Positions 59,664 through 64,000 of a DNA stretch of 64,000 nt are shown here, in pieces. The notes below the pieces were generated by a model, which saw only the letters and a program-made list of their open reading frames with translations, was not told where the DNA came from and made no database searches. The stretch's first letter is position 1. Each line of letters starts with the position of its first letter. A program made the translations under genes and the position numbers. Location of the stretch: IMG/VR virus record IMGVR_UViG_3300002026_002465, positions 113,949-177,948 of that record; one strand, 5' to 3'. The stretch is from a virus.

Positions 59664-59936
59664 ATGAAACTTGAAAACATTTTACTTGGTATAGTTGGCT
59701 CTATTTTAATAGCATCTATTGGTTTTTTTGGAGCCTCAATTTTAGACTCTATTAAAAAAGTTAATGATGATACAGTTGAAATTAAATTAATTAAAAGAGA
59801 TATTGATCTTTTAATTAAGAACATGGCAAATGTTGAAGCGGCATTAATAATACATTCATCTGATAAGTCAATAGATTTTATAAGAACGGATATTGAAGTA
59901 TTAAAAACAAGGATTGCTAATTTGGAGGAAGAATGA
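59664..59936 (+). CDS. Membrane-anchored coiled-coil protein (holin/spanin candidate)
   Basis: N-terminal TM ILLGIVGSILIASIGFFGASIL, then coiled coil; upstream of the M23 gene. Confidence 0.5.
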   Translation: MKLENILLGIVGSILIASIGFFGASILDSIKKVNDDTVEIKLIKRDIDLLIKNMANVEAALIIHSSDKSIDFIRTDIEVLKTRIANLEEE

Positions 59937-60319
59937 AAAAAATATTGATTTTTTTATTTCTATCATTTAATTTATTTGCTGAACCCCTTCCTTATTTAGG
60001 GTTGACAGATGTTGAAATATTAGAGAATGAAAAAACTATTATTGTAATTGATAAATTTAAAATAGAATCAGCTAATGATGCAATGTTTAGGGTTAATTCT
60101 TTTTTAAATTCATTAAATGATTATTCAATTATTGAATTGCAGACTCCATTATCTCAATCTGTATTAAAGATTAAATATATGAATGACAAGTTAAATCTTA
60201 ATATAGATGTTGATTGGGTTAATAGATATTTTTCAAATATTTCTTTATCTGACAAATCAAAAATGTTGAGTGAATTAATATCACCAAACACAGAAAAATA
60301 TAGATCTTATAGTTATTAA
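59933..60319 (+). CDS. Secreted protein (signal peptide)
   Basis: MKKILIFLFLSFNLFA. Confidence 0.55.
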   Translation: MKKILIFLFLSFNLFAEPLPYLGLTDVEILENEKTIIVIDKFKIESANDAMFRVNSFLNSLNDYSIIELQTPLSQSVLKIKYMNDKLNLNIDVDWVNRYFSNISLSDKSKMLSELISPNTEKYRSYSY

Positions 60320-60329
60320 GGAAACAACA

Positions 60330-60875
60330 ATGAAAAAGATTATTATTCCATTATTAGCCTTTTCTTTGTTATCATGTTCAAACAAAATAGAGGTAGTAGC
60401 AGATCCAGCAATTAAAAAGCCAGCTATAGTAGCAGAAGTTATAGAACCAGTTGACAATGTATTAAAACTCCCCATGGATTTTTCTTCACCACTTGTTAAA
60501 TATAATATATCAAGCAAGTTTGGTTATAGAAAAAAACCCATGGGTGGAAGTGATTTTGATTTACATAAAGGGGTTGATTTAGTAGGACCTAAAAATGCTT
60601 TGGTTTATGCGGCAAAAGATGGCAAAGTTATAGTTCATTATCCACCTCCAAACGGACATTTTAAAGGGCATCCTATTTATGGTGGAATGATGTTAATTGA
60701 TCATGGAGGGGGCATATATACCTTATATGGTCATTTTAAAAGAACATTTGTAGGTGAAGGTCAAAGAGTAAAAAGAGGCCAAGAAATAGGTGTTCAAGGG
60801 AATACTGGAATATCAACTGGGGACCATGTTCATTTTGAGATATTAATAGATCCAACAATCTATTTTAAGGAATAA
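60330..60875 (+). CDS. M23 family peptidoglycan endopeptidase with lipoprotein signal (candidate endolysin)
   Basis: ISSKFGYR...HKGVDL, YGH, GNTGISTGDHVHFEI; signal MKKIIIPLLAFSLLSC. Confidence 0.85.
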   Translation: MKKIIIPLLAFSLLSCSNKIEVVADPAIKKPAIVAEVIEPVDNVLKLPMDFSSPLVKYNISSKFGYRKKPMGGSDFDLHKGVDLVGPKNALVYAAKDGKVIVHYPPPNGHFKGHPIYGGMMLIDHGGGIYTLYGHFKRTFVGEGQRVKRGQEIGVQGNTGISTGDHVHFEILIDPTIYFKE

Positions 60876-60896
60876 AGATTTTTAAGGAGGTGATAA

Positions 60897-61181
60897 ATGA
60901 TCCAAACTGGTGATATAGTTTATTTAAAAGGCCACAATGATTTTGAAACAGCCAAGGTTATTGGAGTTTTTGATAAATCAGATTCTAAGCAAGTTTTTTT
61001 AGATGACTATCTCCAAGGTCATAATCATTGGGAAGAAAGATTTCTTGAAAAAACTGAAGCTAAAATGGTTTGTTTATATTGTGGAAAGATAATCTATAAA
61101 AAGTGTGATTGTGAAGGATTGTTAAAAGCGCAACAAGAGTATCAAAAACAAAAACATTATTTTATGAAACTAAAGGAATAA
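60897..61181 (+). CDS. Hypothetical protein (SH3-like start, Cys cluster)
   Basis: GDIVYL; CLYCG...CDC; SD AAGGAGGTG. Confidence 0.55.
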   Translation: MIQTGDIVYLKGHNDFETAKVIGVFDKSDSKQVFLDDYLQGHNHWEERFLEKTEAKMVCLYCGKIIYKKCDCEGLLKAQQEYQKQKHYFMKLKE

Positions 61182-61182
61182 A

Positions 61183-61497
61183 ATGAAAGTTTGGATATTA
61201 TCAGAATGGGGTGGAGATTATGAAGATCGTTGGGAAACTATCAAAGGTGTGTTTGATAATGAAGAGCTTCCACTCTTAATTAAAAAAGAAAAAGAACAGG
61301 AAATGCAATCTTATAGAGACGAATATAATAAAAAATATGAATTATATGCAAAAGAATTTGATATTATTATAGATAATGGAACTGCTAATAATGAAAAAGA
61401 ATACGAGAGAGTAAATGCTCTTATGCCAGAATATGATTATCATGCCCAAGAATGGGGCGGTATGAAAATAAAAGAGTTTGAGATCAACAAGAGGTGA
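61183..61497 (+). CDS. Hypothetical protein
   Basis: 104-aa ORF. Confidence 0.55.
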   Translation: MKVWILSEWGGDYEDRWETIKGVFDNEELPLLIKKEKEQEMQSYRDEYNKKYELYAKEFDIIIDNGTANNEKEYERVNALMPEYDYHAQEWGGMKIKEFEINKR

Positions 61498-61500
61498 AGT

Positions 61501-62256
61501 ATGGATTATCACAAGTTTGTTTATGATGAAGATCAAATTAAAAAATTTCATTCTATTCTCTCACCATTAAAAGAACATGAAGCCTATTTCTTGAGCATGT
61601 CTGCAAGAAATAAATATCTATCTGCTGAAGAAAGAAAAGAAATTGATTTAGGCAGAACAGAAATGTTTGCAAGAAAATTAGTAAAGTATCCTGATTATGA
61701 AACATTTATTAGAACTATTCATTCCATGGAAGTGGCAAAAGGTGGATATACATCTCGCTCAAATATTACTCTGCCAGAAAAGTGTTTGGTTGTTTATGCA
61801 AACATTAATCCTGTTGATGGAATTAAGGCTCTAAAAGAGTTCCAAGAGAAAACAACTCAAATGCTTTTTGATATGGTTGATGGAGGGGATGTATTAAAAA
61901 GTTTTTCATCTCTTGATACAGTATTAATGAATTGCTATCAAAGAGCTAAAGGTGAAAAGAAATTAATTGATGTTGATTTTGACATCCCTCTTGATGGTAA
62001 GTCACTCCTTGATAATGTAATTCAAGATTTCCATTCACATGGAGTTAAAGAGTATGTTATTAAAACAAAATCTGGTTTCCACGTTTTAATAGAAAAGGAT
62101 ACTTTGAAATATAATTATACTCAAGTAATTAATGAAGTTGATAAAGAAGCCAAAAAGATGTTTGACAAGTCTGAAGTTGTAATCAACTCTAATTCCATGG
62201 TGCCAGTTCCTGGCACAATTGCTGCGGGTCATCAGGTGAAATTTGTAAGTTTTTAA
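61501..62256 (+). CDS. AEP/primase-polymerase-like protein
   Basis: LIDVDFD (DxD) and IKTKSGFHVL (sGxH) motifs. Confidence 0.5.
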   Translation: MDYHKFVYDEDQIKKFHSILSPLKEHEAYFLSMSARNKYLSAEERKEIDLGRTEMFARKLVKYPDYETFIRTIHSMEVAKGGYTSRSNITLPEKCLVVYANINPVDGIKALKEFQEKTTQMLFDMVDGGDVLKSFSSLDTVLMNCYQRAKGEKKLIDVDFDIPLDGKSLLDNVIQDFHSHGVKEYVIKTKSGFHVLIEKDTLKYNYTQVINEVDKEAKKMFDKSEVVINSNSMVPVPGTIAAGHQVKFVSF

Positions 62257-62270
62257 GTACATATAGACAT

Positions 62271-63194
62271 ATGAATTATATTTATAAAATTATATTTCCT
62301 AATAATAAGGTCTATATTGGAAAATCCTCAAATCCACTTAAAAGATTTGAAGATCATTTCTATATTGCTAAACATGAATTAAGAAATACAATGTTATGTA
62401 GGGCTTTAAGAAAATATAATATGCAAACTATTATTTTAGACATAATTGATTATGGAGAATTTACTTTTGAAATAAATTGGAAAGAACAAGAGTGGATTAG
62501 AAAATTAAATAGTAATAATAAATTATATGGCTATAATATGACAACTGGAGGAGATGGTGGAAATACTTATGATAAAATAAGTAAAGAAAGAAAAAAAGAA
62601 TTATCAAAAATAAGAAGTAATAAATGGAAGGAAAATAATCCAGGGACATTGTATAAAAAAGAGACAAGAGATAAAATTGCTGATTCAGTTTCATATCATA
62701 TGCAAAATATGACATTTATAGAAAAAGAAAACCTTAAGAAACAAATTTCTATTGGTGTTAATAAACATTATCATTCTAATAAAGGAATTAAACATAAAAG
62801 TTGTATTAGTAAAAAAATGTCAGGAGATAAAAACCCGATGTCATTACAGTCAATATCTAAAAGGTGGAATTGTTCTTTAGAGGAAGCGAAGAAACTTGCT
62901 CCAAAATATGGCAAACATCAATCTAGTTATGCAAAACAAAAAGCTTCAGAAACACATAAAGGTAAAGTTGTATCTAAAGAGACAAAAGATAAAATAATAG
63001 AAAATAAATTAAAATATAAATATATTATTACCAATACGGAAACTAATCAAGTTTTTGAAACAAGAAATCTTAATCAATGGTGTAAAGATAATAATATTTC
63101 TTATGGAATTTTGATGCATAGAGCAACTAAAAAAGAGACAAGATCTAGACGTTCTTTTAAAAAATGGAATATAAAAAGAGTATGTAATGGTTAA
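62271..63194 (+). CDS. GIY-YIG homing endonuclease with NUMOD3-like repeats
   Basis: YIYKI...KVYIGKS..P.KRF..H, EQEWI, GYNMTTGG; HKGKVVSKETKDKI. Confidence 0.85.
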   Translation: MNYIYKIIFPNNKVYIGKSSNPLKRFEDHFYIAKHELRNTMLCRALRKYNMQTIILDIIDYGEFTFEINWKEQEWIRKLNSNNKLYGYNMTTGGDGGNTYDKISKERKKELSKIRSNKWKENNPGTLYKKETRDKIADSVSYHMQNMTFIEKENLKKQISIGVNKHYHSNKGIKHKSCISKKMSGDKNPMSLQSISKRWNCSLEEAKKLAPKYGKHQSSYAKQKASETHKGKVVSKETKDKIIENKLKYKYIITNTETNQVFETRNLNQWCKDNNISYGILMHRATKKETRSRRSFKKWNIKRVCNG

Positions 63195-63198
63195 AAAT

Positions 63199-63342
63199 AT
63201 GTGTAATATAGAAGTATTGATTAATAGAGTAATAGATGATGGACTCTATATAAGATCTTTACAAATAGAAAAAGAGAGTGATTATATAAGAGAGATAAAC
63301 CAGTATTTAACTGGATTTAAAGTTCATTTTATGGATTTGTAA
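63199..63342 (+). CDS. Possible 47-aa protein
   Basis: MCNIEVLINRVIDDG...; short ORF. Confidence 0.3.
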   Translation: MCNIEVLINRVIDDGLYIRSLQIEKESDYIREINQYLTGFKVHFMDL

Positions 63343-63367
63343 AATTAGAATTATTATTGCTTATTTA

Positions 63368-63490
63368 ATGTTAGTTATTATATCTGCCTTAGATCTTTAT
63401 CTGTTTGATATTTCAGATAGAATTATTTTAATAGCTAATATTTTAGTGGCAGTAAATTTTATATTTTCATTTTTATTGATTATTTTTTAA
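63368..63490 (+). CDS. Possible small two-helix membrane protein
   Basis: MLVIISALDLYLF...ILVAVNFIFSFLLIIF. Confidence 0.3.
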   Translation: MLVIISALDLYLFDISDRIILIANILVAVNFIFSFLLIIF

Positions 63491-63551
63491 TGGGAGATGG
63501 GAATTACTTAAGTCATATTATAGAATATACTACTTTATCATTGTAAGGTAT

Positions 63552-63581
63552 AAAAAAAGAGGAGCTTGGCTCCTCTTTTTT
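63552..63581. terminator. Bidirectional terminator between convergent operons
   Basis: A7-GAGGAGC-TTG-GCTCCTC-T run. Confidence 0.85.
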
Positions 63582-63583
63582 AT

Positions 63584-63772
63584 TTATTCCTCAACTTCTG
63601 GTTTTGGAAGATTATAGGCTAATCTCGCTTCGTCTTCACTGTCAAACCATTGCCATCCATCTACTGGATAAGTATAAGTATCTTTCTCTTCTACTAAAAG
63701 AGAATAATCTTTTGAGTATACAAAGTTTGGTGCCTCTAATAACTCTTGTTCTTGTTTCTTAAAAAATGACAT
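63584..63772 (-). CDS. Small tail-fibre-associated protein
   Basis: YTYPVDGWQWFDSEDEA motif; SD GGAGG. Confidence 0.6.
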   Translation of the reverse strand: MSFFKKQEQELLEAPNFVYSKDYSLLVEEKDTYTYPVDGWQWFDSEDEARLAYNLPKPEVEE

Positions 63773-63787
63773 TTATTCCTCCTTATT

Positions 63788-64000
63788 TTAACCTGTTATA
63801 GTCCAACCTTTATTAGTTGCTATTAATCTATCAGCTGCTGTTAATAGTGCAGCTCCTGGATTACCTGTTATAGTGATTGTTTGTCCTGTTACTCCAGATG
63901 CTAAATTATTCAATATTTCTATTAATGCTAATCTTGATAAATTACAACTAGTATAAGATATTGTTTTACTCATTCCAGTTATTTTAACTTGTCTTAATAA
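63788..64000 (-). CDS. C-terminal end of a tail-fibre/LRR-like protein (5' end outside the window)
   Basis: Frame open to the window edge; LIEILNNL...TITITGNP...IATNKGWTI C-terminal motif. Confidence 0.65.
   Translation of the reverse strand, partial: LLRQVKITGMSKTISYTSCNLSRLALIEILNNLASGVTGQTITITGNPGAALLTAADRLIATNKGWTITG

Noticed and set aside
152-62715. Minus-strand and nested ORFs from the track (for example 152-337, 6183-6515, 13924-14274, 20054-20407, 47031-47351, 46768-47190, 57022-57204)
   Set aside because: They are shadows of longer genes, with no SD and no recognisable motifs
1-64000. Alternative genetic code (TGA or TAG recoding)
   Set aside because: Multi-kilobase ORFs (up to 13.6 kb) are open in the standard code, Trp uses TGG, and genes end on TAA, TAG and TGA; the single in-frame TGA at 4726 is isolated
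1-64000. tRNA or rRNA genes
   Set aside because: Intergenic gaps are short and AT-rich; no cloverleaf or T-loop pattern was recognised

Overview
An AT-rich, almost entirely plus-strand segment of a large (probably jumbo) contractile-tailed bacteriophage genome. Virion modules are a baseplate wedge (1-4.6 kb), a giant fibre/adhesin of about 4,800 aa plus further tail fibres (7.6-31 kb), and a modular family of virion proteins (33-40 kb, 50-59 kb). They alternate with accessory islands bounded by intrinsic terminators and sigma70-like promoters. Accessory genes include a long eukaryote/archaeal-type topoisomerase IB, an OGG-type glycosylase, a spirochaete-type STAS anti-anti-sigma factor, two stand-alone MshEN-like micro-proteins, a WGR domain, a lipoprotein M23 peptidase in a candidate lysis cassette, an AEP-like protein and a GIY-YIG endonuclease. 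The host is inferred to be a spirochaete. Four reading-frame lesions are seen: a 10-bp duplication, an A9 tract, an in-frame TGA and a possible -1 shift. They may be biology or assembly error. No tRNA, rRNA, CRISPR array, reverse transcriptase or integrase was recognised. All family calls come from visual motif recognition; no searches were run.
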